A stretch of DNA of 64,000 nt from Gammaproteobacteria bacterium. Lineage in GTDB: Bacteria > Pseudomonadota > Gammaproteobacteria > Eutrophobiales > Eutrophobiaceae. The notes beneath the pieces are model-generated. The model saw nothing but the letters and a program-made list of their open reading frames with translations, did no database searches and was not told the DNA's origin. A program made the position numbers and the translations under genes. Shown one piece after another: positions 37,910 to 46,627 of this stretch. Location of the stretch: positions 1,052,464 through 1,116,463 of the forward strand of contig SCUJ01000006.1 in the NCBI GenBank assembly GCA_004297165.1, given 5' to 3'. Numbering within the stretch: the first letter of the stretch is position 1; each line of letters begins with the position of its first letter.

Positions 37910-39364
37910 ATGTCTGTCGATGTGCCAAATGCGTTGCCCGATTCTCTGCTGTCGCAGTTGAGCGATTTCCTCGAATCGCAGATGGGCCTGCACTTTCCGG
38001 AAGAGCGCTGGCGCGATTTGGAAAGCGGAGTCGCCGCCGCCGCCCGGGACTTTGGCCTTCGGGACGCGGAATCCTGCGCCAGGTGGCTTTTATCCGCACC
38101 CCTGGCGCGCAACCGCGTCGAAGTCCTGGCCTGCCACCTGACCGTCGGCGAGACTTATTTCTTTCGCGAGCAGAGAAGTCTCGAAGTCCTCAAGGAGCAA
38201 ATTCTGCCCGAACTGCTCCGCTCCGGGATCGGGGCAGAGCGGCGCCTTCGAATCTGGAGCGCGGGCTGCTGCACCGGCGAGGAGCCGTACTCCATCGCCA
38301 TGCTTCTGGACCAGCATATCCCCGCTCCCGTGGCGAATAACCTCTCCCTCCTGGCGACGGACATCAACCCGCGGTTCCTGAGCAAGGCGGCGCAGGGCGT
38401 GTACGGCGAGTGGTCGTTCCGCAGCACGCCGGGATGGATGAAAGAGCGGTATTTCAGGAAAAGGAAAGACGGGCGCTACGCCCTGCTGCCGCAGATCAGG
38501 AACCGTGTGACATTCTCGTACCTTAATCTAGCAAACGACGTTTACCCGTCGCTCCTGAACAACACCAACGCGATGGACGTGATCTTCTGCCGCAACGTGT
38601 TGATGTATTTCAGTGCGGATCGGGCAAAGCAGGTGGCCGAGGGTCTTTACCGTTCACTCGTCGACGGCGGGTGGTTGATCGTCAGCCCGGTGGAAAACTC
38701 GAACACTCTGTTCTCCTCGTTTTCGGCAATCCAGTTCCCTGGCGTCGTGGTGTACCGGAAGATCGTGGGGGCCGCCCAGCGAGTTGCCATCATGGGCAAC
38801 CAGACCTCCGCGTTTTTCCCGGCAGCCGAGAGCATGAACCAGCCGGTCCCGGCTCCCTGGACAAGATCCGTTGCGCCGGACGAGACGCCGCCTGCGCCGG
38901 GCGTCCCGGAAATAGGGGATGCAGGCATAAAGCCTGCCCAGGGAAAGGACGACGGGACTGCATTTTCAAGCGCCGCGCGCCGTTGCGCAAACGAGGGCAG
39001 GCTCGCCGAGGCCGCCGAGTGGTGCGAGAAGGCGATTGCAGCCGACAAGCTGAATCCGGCGCACTACTATCTGCTCGGGACCATCCGGCAGGAGCAGGGG
39101 CAGCCGGAGGCGGCGCGGCGGTCGTTGCTACGCGCCTTATATCTCGATCCCGAATTCGCACTTGCCCATTTCGCTCTGGCGAACATCGAGTTGTCGCAAG
39201 GCCGGTGCATTCAGGCCGAGCGACATTTCTCGAACTCACTTGCGTTGCTGCGGGCGCGGCCGCATGACGAATCTCTCCCGGAATCGGAGGGACTGACCGC
39301 GGGGCGGTTGGTCGAGATCGTCGCCTCCATCCTGGCAAGCCAGCCGCGCACCCGGGTGGCGTGA
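37910..39364 (+). CDS. cheR: Chemotaxis protein methyltransferase CheR with C-terminal TPR repeats (WspC-like)
   Basis: CheR_N plus a SAM-dependent MTase (RIWSAGCCTGEEPYSIAM) plus C-terminal TPRs. Confidence 0.85.
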   Translation: MSVDVPNALPDSLLSQLSDFLESQMGLHFPEERWRDLESGVAAAARDFGLRDAESCARWLLSAPLARNRVEVLACHLTVGETYFFREQRSLEVLKEQILPELLRSGIGAERRLRIWSAGCCTGEEPYSIAMLLDQHIPAPVANNLSLLATDINPRFLSKAAQGVYGEWSFRSTPGWMKERYFRKRKDGRYALLPQIRNRVTFSYLNLANDVYPSLLNNTNAMDVIFCRNVLMYFSADRAKQVAEGLYRSLVDGGWLIVSPVENSNTLFSSFSAIQFPGVVVYRKIVGAAQRVAIMGNQTSAFFPAAESMNQPVPAPWTRSVAPDETPPAPGVPEIGDAGIKPAQGKDDGTAFSSAARRCANEGRLAEAAEWCEKAIAADKLNPAHYYLLGTIRQEQGQPEAARRSLLRALYLDPEFALAHFALANIELSQGRCIQAERHFSNSLALLRARPHDESLPESEGLTAGRLVEIVASILASQPRTRVA

Positions 39365-39383
39365 GCGTGAGAGACATGCCCGC

Positions 39384-40010
39384 ATGAGCACGCATAAACC
39401 GCCGCTGCGAAAGAAGGTAGCCATCGACTGGCGCGAGGTCCATCGGCGCCTTGAGATGGCCCGCGCTGACGCCGAGTGCATATGGGCGCCGGACGCCAGG
39501 GTGACCCAACGGGTACTAAAGGCCAGGGCGCAGGAACTGGCCAGGGAACCAGAAAAAGTGCAGCTCGCCGATGCGCAGGTGGAAATCCTGGAATTTATCC
39601 TGGCGCAAGAGAGGTATGCGGTCGAATCGCGACATGTCCGGGAGGTCTATCCTCTGGAGAATCTGACGCCGCTCCCCTGCACGCCGCCATTTGTGCTCGG
39701 CATCATCAATCTGCGCAGCGAGATTGTCTCAGTTATCGATATTAAAAAGTTTTTCGATCTGCCGGAGAAGGGGCTGACCGATCTCAACAAGGTCATCGTT
39801 CTCCAGTCCGGGCCGATGCTTTTCGGCATTCTTGCGGACATCATCGTCGGTGTGCGCCGGATCCGGGCGGCGGAAATCCAGCCGTCCCTGCCAACGCTCT
39901 CCGGTGTCCGGGAAAAATATCTGCGAGGCATCACCTCGGATCGAACGGTCCTGCTCGACGCGGGGAAACTCCTGGCGGACGAGCAAATCATCGTGCAGGA
40001 ACAGGTTTGA
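39384..40010 (+). CDS. cheW: CheW-like protein (WspD-like second coupling protein)
   Basis: 208 aa with a CheW domain (…YAVESRHVREVYPLENLTPLPCTPPFVLGIINLRSEIVSVIDI…). Confidence 0.8.
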   Translation: MSTHKPPLRKKVAIDWREVHRRLEMARADAECIWAPDARVTQRVLKARAQELAREPEKVQLADAQVEILEFILAQERYAVESRHVREVYPLENLTPLPCTPPFVLGIINLRSEIVSVIDIKKFFDLPEKGLTDLNKVIVLQSGPMLFGILADIIVGVRRIRAAEIQPSLPTLSGVREKYLRGITSDRTVLLDAGKLLADEQIIVQEQV

Positions 40011-40071
40011 GATAGAGCCGCCGGGACCGCGGACCATGAATGGCAACGCATACAAATAAGGGGAAATAATC

Positions 40072-41709
40072 ATGAGGTGGTTTTTCGATCTGACCACGCG
40101 GGGCAAGCTGCTCGTTTGTTTCGGTCTGATATTCGCTCTGTTGTCATGGGTGATTGCAACCGCGTACACCGGAATCGTTACCATCCGGGAGTCCCAGGAG
40201 CGTCTCTACGACGAACACTTCGCCAACGTGCGCGATCTGATGGTTCTGCGCGCGTATCAAAATCAGATACGGGCCCTGATGCTCGAAGTGCAGTTGTTGA
40301 CCCAACGCACGGAACAGGATCCGCTGCTGGCGCAGGCCGCGGAACGCTCGCTACAGATCGACCGCCTCATCCTCGACCTCCTGGCGCGGGCGAAGCGCGA
40401 CCCTCAGCGGCAGTCGCGGATCGAGGAGTTACAATCCACCTGGCAGGCATTCGCCAAAACCAAGGACACCGAGATCATTCCCCTGATCCTCGCCGGCAGG
40501 ATCGCCGAATCGCAGGAACTCGCGGCCGGTGTGCAACAAGGGCGGCAGCAGAAGATTCGCACCATCGCCGAGGAGTTAGGCAAGTTGGTCGAAGAAGATG
40601 CGCGCCTCGCCGTGGCTGATGCCGGCGTTCGGGCCAACCAGTCGTTTCGCATTTTTCTGTTGGTCGGGATAGCGGCCGTGGTGATCGGCATCGCGCTGGC
40701 GCTGTTAATGGAGCGGGTTATCGCGGGACCGTTGCGCGACTTGTCGCGCGCCGCGGATCAGGTCGCGTCGGGCATTCTCACCATCGATGTGCCCCAGGAC
40801 AATCGCGCCGACGAGGTCGGCACGCTGGTGCGCGCGTTCGGCGCCATGGTCGGGAACCTGCGGCGCACAACCCAGGAACTGAACGAAGGCGTCGGCGTAC
40901 TCGCTTCTTCGTCCAGCGAGATTCTCGCCACCACGGCGCAGGTCGCATCCAGCGCGGCGGAGACGGCCAGTGCGGTGAGCGAGACCACGGCCACGGTGGA
41001 GGAAGTCAAGCAGACGGCGCAGGTGGCGGGCCAGAAGGCGAAGTATGTTTCAGAAAGCGCCCAGAAAGCGGCGCAGGTTTCCCAGGCCGGCCGCAAGTCG
41101 GTGGAGAACGCCATCCAGGGCATGCAGCGCATCCAGGAGCAGATGGAATCGATCGCCGAAAGCATCGTGCGGCTGTCGGAGCAGAGTCAGGCGATCGGGG
41201 AGATCATCGCCGCGGTGAGCGATCTGGCGGAGCAATCGAACCTGCTGGCGGTGAACGCCGCCATCGAAGCAGCCAGGGCCGGCGAGCAGGGCAAGGGCTT
41301 CGGGGTGGTGGCGCAGGAAGTGAAGAGCCTGGCCGAACAGTCCAAGCAGGCAACCGCGCAGGTGCGCGCCATCCTCGGCGAGATCCAGAAAGCCACCGGC
41401 GCCGCGGTGCTGGCCACCGAGCAAGGGTCCAAGACGGTGGAAGCCGGCATGAAGCAATCCACGGAAACCGGCGAATCGATCCGCCTGCTGACCGACAGCA
41501 TCAATGAAGCGGCTCAGGCGGCGACGCAGATTGCGGCGTCGAGCCAGCAGCAGATAGTGGGCATGGATCAGGTAGCGCTGGCGATGGAGAACATCAAACA
41601 GGCCAGCGTGCAGAACGTGGCCGGCACCAAACAGGCGGAGACCGCTGCGCAGGGTCTGCATGAACTGGGACTGAAGCTGAAGCAATTGGCGGAGCAGAAC
41701 AAGGCATAA
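40072..41709 (+). CDS. Methyl-accepting chemotaxis protein (TM-periplasmic 4-helix-bundle sensor-TM-HAMP-MCP signalling domain; WspA-like)
   Basis: 545 aa. Two TM segments flank a ~150-aa periplasmic region. Highly conserved MCP signalling core (…[33 protein letters not shown]…). Confidence 0.85.
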   Translation: MRWFFDLTTRGKLLVCFGLIFALLSWVIATAYTGIVTIRESQERLYDEHFANVRDLMVLRAYQNQIRALMLEVQLLTQRTEQDPLLAQAAERSLQIDRLILDLLARAKRDPQRQSRIEELQSTWQAFAKTKDTEIIPLILAGRIAESQELAAGVQQGRQQKIRTIAEELGKLVEEDARLAVADAGVRANQSFRIFLLVGIAAVVIGIALALLMERVIAGPLRDLSRAADQVASGILTIDVPQDNRADEVGTLVRAFGAMVGNLRRTTQELNEGVGVLASSSSEILATTAQVASSAAETASAVSETTATVEEVKQTAQVAGQKAKYVSESAQKAAQVSQAGRKSVENAIQGMQRIQEQMESIAESIVRLSEQSQAIGEIIAAVSDLAEQSNLLAVNAAIEAARAGEQGKGFGVVAQEVKSLAEQSKQATAQVRAILGEIQKATGAAVLATEQGSKTVEAGMKQSTETGESIRLLTDSINEAAQAATQIAASSQQQIVGMDQVALAMENIKQASVQNVAGTKQAETAAQGLHELGLKLKQLAEQNKA

Positions 41710-41750
41710 CGGCATGCCGCGACAACTTAAATTATGACGGAGATCAAGCC

Positions 41751-43211
41751 ATGACCATCGGAAAAAAATTTTTCGGCGGCTACGCCCTTGTGCTGGCGCT
41801 TCTGGCAATCGTGATGTCTATCGCTTTCTACTCTCTCTCCAGAATTCAGGCGGCCTATGATGGATTCATCGACGTAGACGAGCGGCTGGTCGACGGCGCT
41901 GGTAAGTTGCGTTTCGAGATGAACGGTCAGGTTTCCAGCTACCGGGGCATTCTTCTCTACCCGGATCTCCAGAGCAGCCATCAGGAGGAATTGCTGGCTA
42001 GCCGACGCCGGGTCACCGAGGTCATCGGAACGATGCGCCAACTCGTTTACACCGCCGAAGAACGCAGCATGCTGGAGGAGATCGCAACCCAGCAGGCGAG
42101 GAACGAGCGGAATCAGGATCAGGTCATCGAACTAGCGCGGCAAGGAAAGCAGGCGGAGGCGCTGGCGCTGGGGATCGAGGAAGTCCGCCCCCTCAACCGC
42201 GCCCTGGACGACTTGGCGGAGCGCTTCCGCGACCGCCAATTGAAACTGTTGACAGAGGGAAGGACCGAACTCGCGGCGACGATTAATTTCTTCATGATCA
42301 TGATGGCAAGCGTCTCGCTGCTCGGATTCGTTGCCGGTCTGGGCATCGCGTTTTATCTCGGCCGCGCCATCACCAGCCAGTTACGCGAAAGCATCGCCCA
42401 ACTGTCGTCGTCCGCGGCCGAAATCCTCGCGACGACCGCGCAGGTGGCCTCCGGCGCCACCGAGACGGCGAGTGGGGTGAGCGAGACCACGGCGACGGTG
42501 GAGGAAGTGAAGCAGACGGCGCAGGTTTCCACCCAGAAGGCGAAGTACGTCTCCGAGAGCGCGCAGAAGGTCGCGCAGGTCTCGCAGTCCGGGCGCAAGT
42601 CGGTGGAAGACTCCATTCAAGGCATGCATGTCATCCAGGAGCAAATGGAATCCATTGCCGGGAGCATCGTGCGGCTCTCCGAGCAAAGCCAGGCGATCGG
42701 GGAGATCATCGCCACGGTGAACGATCTCACGGAGCAATCGAACCTGCTGGCGGTCAACGCCGCGATCGAGGCGGCCAGGGCCGGCGAGCAGGGCAAGGGT
42801 TTTGCCGTGGTGGCGCAGGAGGTGAAAAGTCTCGCGGATCAGTCCAGGCAGGCGACGGCGCAGGTGCGCGCCATTCTGGGCGACATCCAGAAAGCGACCA
42901 GCGCCGCGGTGCTGGCGACCGAGCAGGGCAACAGGGCGGTCGAGGCGGGGGTGAGGCAATCGGCGGAGACGGGCGAGTCGATCAGGCTCCTGGCCGAAAG
43001 CATCATGGAGGCGGCGCAGGCGGCGACCCAGATCGCGGCGTCGAGCCAGCAACAAATGGTGGGGATGGACCAGGTGGCGCTGGCGATGGAGAACATCAAG
43101 CAGGCCAGCATGCAGAACGTGGCGGGCGCCAGGCAGGCGGAAATCGCCGCCCACGATCTCAACGAACTGGGTCAGAAGTTGAATCACTTGATCGCAAGCA
43201 AATCCGACTGA
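41751..43211 (+). CDS. Methyl-accepting chemotaxis protein, paralog of the upstream MCP (different sensor, near-identical signalling domain)
   Basis: 486 aa. The C-terminal ~260 aa are nearly identical at protein and DNA level to 40072-41709. Confidence 0.85.
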   Translation: MTIGKKFFGGYALVLALLAIVMSIAFYSLSRIQAAYDGFIDVDERLVDGAGKLRFEMNGQVSSYRGILLYPDLQSSHQEELLASRRRVTEVIGTMRQLVYTAEERSMLEEIATQQARNERNQDQVIELARQGKQAEALALGIEEVRPLNRALDDLAERFRDRQLKLLTEGRTELAATINFFMIMMASVSLLGFVAGLGIAFYLGRAITSQLRESIAQLSSSAAEILATTAQVASGATETASGVSETTATVEEVKQTAQVSTQKAKYVSESAQKVAQVSQSGRKSVEDSIQGMHVIQEQMESIAGSIVRLSEQSQAIGEIIATVNDLTEQSNLLAVNAAIEAARAGEQGKGFAVVAQEVKSLADQSRQATAQVRAILGDIQKATSAAVLATEQGNRAVEAGVRQSAETGESIRLLAESIMEAAQAATQIAASSQQQMVGMDQVALAMENIKQASMQNVAGARQAEIAAHDLNELGQKLNHLIASKSD

Positions 43212-43215
43212 TTGG

Positions 43216-45540
43216 GTGTCTGCCATGGCCAGGAAGAACGACGATTTCCAGAAAAGGCTCCTGGCGACCTTCCGGGTCGAGGCCAACGAGCATCTTCAGG
43301 CGATGTTTTCGGGTCTCGCCGAACTGGAAAAGACGCCGGCAGGAAACCAGCGGCTGGAAACCCTCGAGAGGGTCTATCGCGAGGCGCATAGTCTGAAGGG
43401 GGCTGCGCGGGCCGTGAACCTCGCGGAGATCGAGTCGGTGTGCCATGCGCTGGAAAATGTCTTCGCCGGGTTGAAGAGCAGCCTTGTTGCCGCTTCGCCG
43501 TCGCTTTTTGATCTCCTGCATAAGACCCTGGACGCTCTCGGAGGGCTTCTCGCCGCCGATGCGCAGACACAGACCGAAGTCCGGAAGCCGGTGGTTGCGA
43601 CGCTGATTCGGCAACTCGACTCTGTGGCGAGCGGTTCAGCCTCCGGGGATGCAGGTAACGCTTCGCCGCCGCCGGCGGCAACCCCTGCCCTTACAGTGGC
43701 CGAGCCCGCTGTGACTGCCGGTACTGAGTCAGTTCAGCAGACCTCCGGTCCCGGATCTGGGACGATCAGGGTTTATACGGAAAAACTCGACACGGTGATG
43801 CGGCAAGCGGAAGAACTGCTTGCGCCGCGGCTGACAGCGGGCCAACGCGCCGCGGAATTGCACGAATGCAGGACCGCGCTCGCTGTCTGGAAAAAGGAAC
43901 GGGTTAAAGTCGCTCCGGCTTTACGGGCGGTTGAGCGGTCCTTCATGCAGCCGGCCAAGACCCATGGCGCCGCAAGCGAGCGGCGAGAACTGACCCGGCT
44001 GCTTGAGTATCTGGAAACGGAGAACGCTTTATTGACCGGCCTCGAGGACCGGCTGGCGAAGCTGGAGCGGTCTGCCGGGCGCGATCAGCGCATGCTGGCC
44101 GTAATGACCGACAACCTGCTTCACGACGTGAAGGAGATGCACCTCTTGCCGTTCTCGTCGCTGCTCGAAGTTTTACCGCGGTTTACCCGTGAATTCGCCC
44201 GCGACCAGGCCAAGGAGGCGGTACTCGTCATTCAGGGAGGTGAGATCGAAATTGACCGGCGCATCCTGGAGGAAATGAAGGATCCGCTCATCCATATGCT
44301 CCGGAATTGCATCGATCATGGCATCGAGATGCCTGCGGAACGGGAGCGGAAACATAAACCAACGCACGGAACGATCACTATCGCAATTTCACAGAATGAC
44401 AGCGGCAAGGTCGAGATCCTCGTCGCCGACGACGGCGCTGGCATAGACGTGGCCAGGGTGAAATCCGCCGCCTGCAAGATCGGCATCGTATCCGCCGAAG
44501 AAGCGCACAAGCTCGGCGAACAGGAGGCGATCGCGCTCGCCTTCCAGTCCGGCATTTCAACCAATCCCATCATCACGGACAGTTCCGGGCGGGGACTCGG
44601 GCTTGCCATCGTTAGGGAAAAGATCGAGCGTCTCGGCGGCGCTATCGCCGTCGAATCGCGTACCGATGCGGGAACGAGCTTCCGCATGGTCGTGCCGCTG
44701 ACCCTTGCCACGTTTCGGGGCATCCTCGTGCGCGCCGGTGAACAACTTTTTGTGATTCCCGCAATCAACGTCGAACGGGTGGCGCGAGCGGGTCTGGAGG
44801 AAATACGGACCGTGGAAAACCGCGAAACGATTCCACTCGACGGCCAGCCCGTTTCTCTGGTCTGGCTCAGCGACGTGCTGGAGCTCTCGCGTAAGGGCGC
44901 CGCGGACAGACCAGTGGATAAGGCGCAGGTGGTTGTTCTCAGCCTGGGTCTCACGCGTATTGCATTCCGGGTGGAAGAAATCCTCGGCGAGCAGGAGGTG
45001 TTGGTCAAGGCGCTCGGCCCGCAACTCGCGCGCGTGCGCAACGTTGCCGGCGCGACTGCACTGGGAACGGGTCAGGTGGCGCCGGTGCTGAACGCGCCGG
45101 ACCTGATAAAGTCGGCCATGAAACTGGCCGGGGCTCCGAGCGCGCACGCGGCCATCGAGCAATCCACGGATTTGAAAAAACAATCCATCCTCGTCGTGGA
45201 GGACTCAATCACCTCTAGGGCTCTGCTGAAGAACCTATTGGAAGCGGCTGGTTACACAGTCGCCACGGCGGTGGACGGCGTCGATGCCTATACCTCGCTC
45301 AAGACCGGCGCGTTCGATCTGGTGGTGTCCGACGTGGAGATGCCGCGCATGGATGGATTTGATCTTACGGCCAAAGTACGGGCGGACAAGCGGTTGTCGG
45401 AGTTGCCCATAGTCCTGGTCACGGCGCTGGAGTCGCGCGAGCATAGGGAGCGCGGGGTCGACGCCGGCGCGAATGCCTACATCGTCAAAAGCAGCTTCGA
45501 TCAGAGCAACCTGCTGGAAGTGATCGGGAGACTGATATGA
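43216..45540 (+). CDS. cheA: Hybrid chemotaxis histidine kinase CheA with C-terminal receiver domain (CheA-CheY fusion, WspE-like)
   Basis: Hpt (…EAHSLKGAARAV…), dimerisation, HATPase_c (…DDGAGIDV…GRGLGLAIV…), CheW-like domain, then REC (ILVVEDS…DVEMPRMDG…). Confidence 0.85.
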   Translation: MSAMARKNDDFQKRLLATFRVEANEHLQAMFSGLAELEKTPAGNQRLETLERVYREAHSLKGAARAVNLAEIESVCHALENVFAGLKSSLVAASPSLFDLLHKTLDALGGLLAADAQTQTEVRKPVVATLIRQLDSVASGSASGDAGNASPPPAATPALTVAEPAVTAGTESVQQTSGPGSGTIRVYTEKLDTVMRQAEELLAPRLTAGQRAAELHECRTALAVWKKERVKVAPALRAVERSFMQPAKTHGAASERRELTRLLEYLETENALLTGLEDRLAKLERSAGRDQRMLAVMTDNLLHDVKEMHLLPFSSLLEVLPRFTREFARDQAKEAVLVIQGGEIEIDRRILEEMKDPLIHMLRNCIDHGIEMPAERERKHKPTHGTITIAISQNDSGKVEILVADDGAGIDVARVKSAACKIGIVSAEEAHKLGEQEAIALAFQSGISTNPIITDSSGRGLGLAIVREKIERLGGAIAVESRTDAGTSFRMVVPLTLATFRGILVRAGEQLFVIPAINVERVARAGLEEIRTVENRETIPLDGQPVSLVWLSDVLELSRKGAADRPVDKAQVVVLSLGLTRIAFRVEEILGEQEVLVKALGPQLARVRNVAGATALGTGQVAPVLNAPDLIKSAMKLAGAPSAHAAIEQSTDLKKQSILVVEDSITSRALLKNLLEAAGYTVATAVDGVDAYTSLKTGAFDLVVSDVEMPRMDGFDLTAKVRADKRLSELPIVLVTALESREHRERGVDAGANAYIVKSSFDQSNLLEVIGRLI

Positions 45541-45562
45541 GCGCGAGCACGCGGAGCCGCCC

Positions 45563-46612
45563 ATGATAAAAGTCCTGGTGGTGGAAGATTCGCCCGCGGT
45601 GCGCGAGTTTCTCGTTCACCTGTTCGGTTCCGATCCCGGCATCAAGGTGGTAGGAACGGCGAACGATGGGGAGCAAGCACTCGACGCCGTGCGGCGCCAT
45701 CGACCCGACGTGATCACGATGGACATCCACATGCCGAGAATGGACGGGCTGGATGCCACGCGCCGGATTATGGAAACGTACCCCACGCCTATCGTCATCG
45801 TCAGCGGAAGCACTGATCCGCGGGAGGTCGCGACCACGTTTCGCGCGATGGAGGCGGGCGCCGTGGCCGTGTTGCGTCGGCCGGCGGGCATCGGTCATCC
45901 GGACCATGAAGCCACCGCCGGCGAGTTGATCCGGACCGTGAAACTGATGTCCGAGGTCAAGGTAATCAAGCGCTGGCCCAAGGGTCAGCGCCGCGCGGAG
46001 GTCCCGCGTACGGCGGCGGCAAATCCCGTGCTGGTCGAAGCGAGAGTAAAGGTCATCGCCATCGGCGCCTCGACCGGCGGTCCACCCGTGCTGCAAACCA
46101 TTCTCGCGGCGCTGCCGCGGGATTTGCCGACGCCGGTGCTGATTGTGCAGCACATGGCTGCCGGATTCACTCAGGGGTTCGTCCAGTGGCTGGCACAAAC
46201 GTCCAGCCTGCCCGTGCATCTTGCCGCGCACGATGAACCTGTCCGTCCGGGCCATGTGTATGTGGCCCCCGATGAATTTCAGATGCGCGTCGAGCGGAGC
46301 GGAAAAATCGTCCTGACGAAAGACGCGCCAGAGAACGGATTGCGTCCTTCAGTTTCCTATCTTCTGCGTTCGGTGACTGAGGTCTATGGAAGCGATGCCA
46401 TAGCCGGCCTGCTCACCGGCATGGGACACGACGGCGTCGAGGAGTTGCGGCAGTTGAAGGACAAAGGTGCGATTACATTCGCCCAGGACAAGGACAGCTC
46501 AGTCGTGCACGGCATGCCGGGCGAAGCGATCAAGCGCGATGCGGCGACGCTGGTTCTCCCACCAGAGAAAATTGCCGCGACGCTGGCGAATCTAGCGAAA
46601 AATCACATGTAA
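45563..46612 (+). CDS. cheB: Chemotaxis response regulator protein-glutamate methylesterase CheB (REC plus CheB methylesterase; WspF-like)
   Basis: REC (KVLVVEDS…DIHMPRMDG) plus methylesterase (IAIGASTGGP…). Confidence 0.85.
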   Translation: MIKVLVVEDSPAVREFLVHLFGSDPGIKVVGTANDGEQALDAVRRHRPDVITMDIHMPRMDGLDATRRIMETYPTPIVIVSGSTDPREVATTFRAMEAGAVAVLRRPAGIGHPDHEATAGELIRTVKLMSEVKVIKRWPKGQRRAEVPRTAAANPVLVEARVKVIAIGASTGGPPVLQTILAALPRDLPTPVLIVQHMAAGFTQGFVQWLAQTSSLPVHLAAHDEPVRPGHVYVAPDEFQMRVERSGKIVLTKDAPENGLRPSVSYLLRSVTEVYGSDAIAGLLTGMGHDGVEELRQLKDKGAITFAQDKDSSVVHGMPGEAIKRDAATLVLPPEKIAATLANLAKNHM

Positions 46613-46627
46613 TCCCGGGTATCAGCC

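Noticed and set aside
37283-37993. Minus-strand 236-aa ORF overlapping cheW
   Set aside because: Antisense to a clear CheW domain gene and extends into the AT-rich non-coding leader; no domain.
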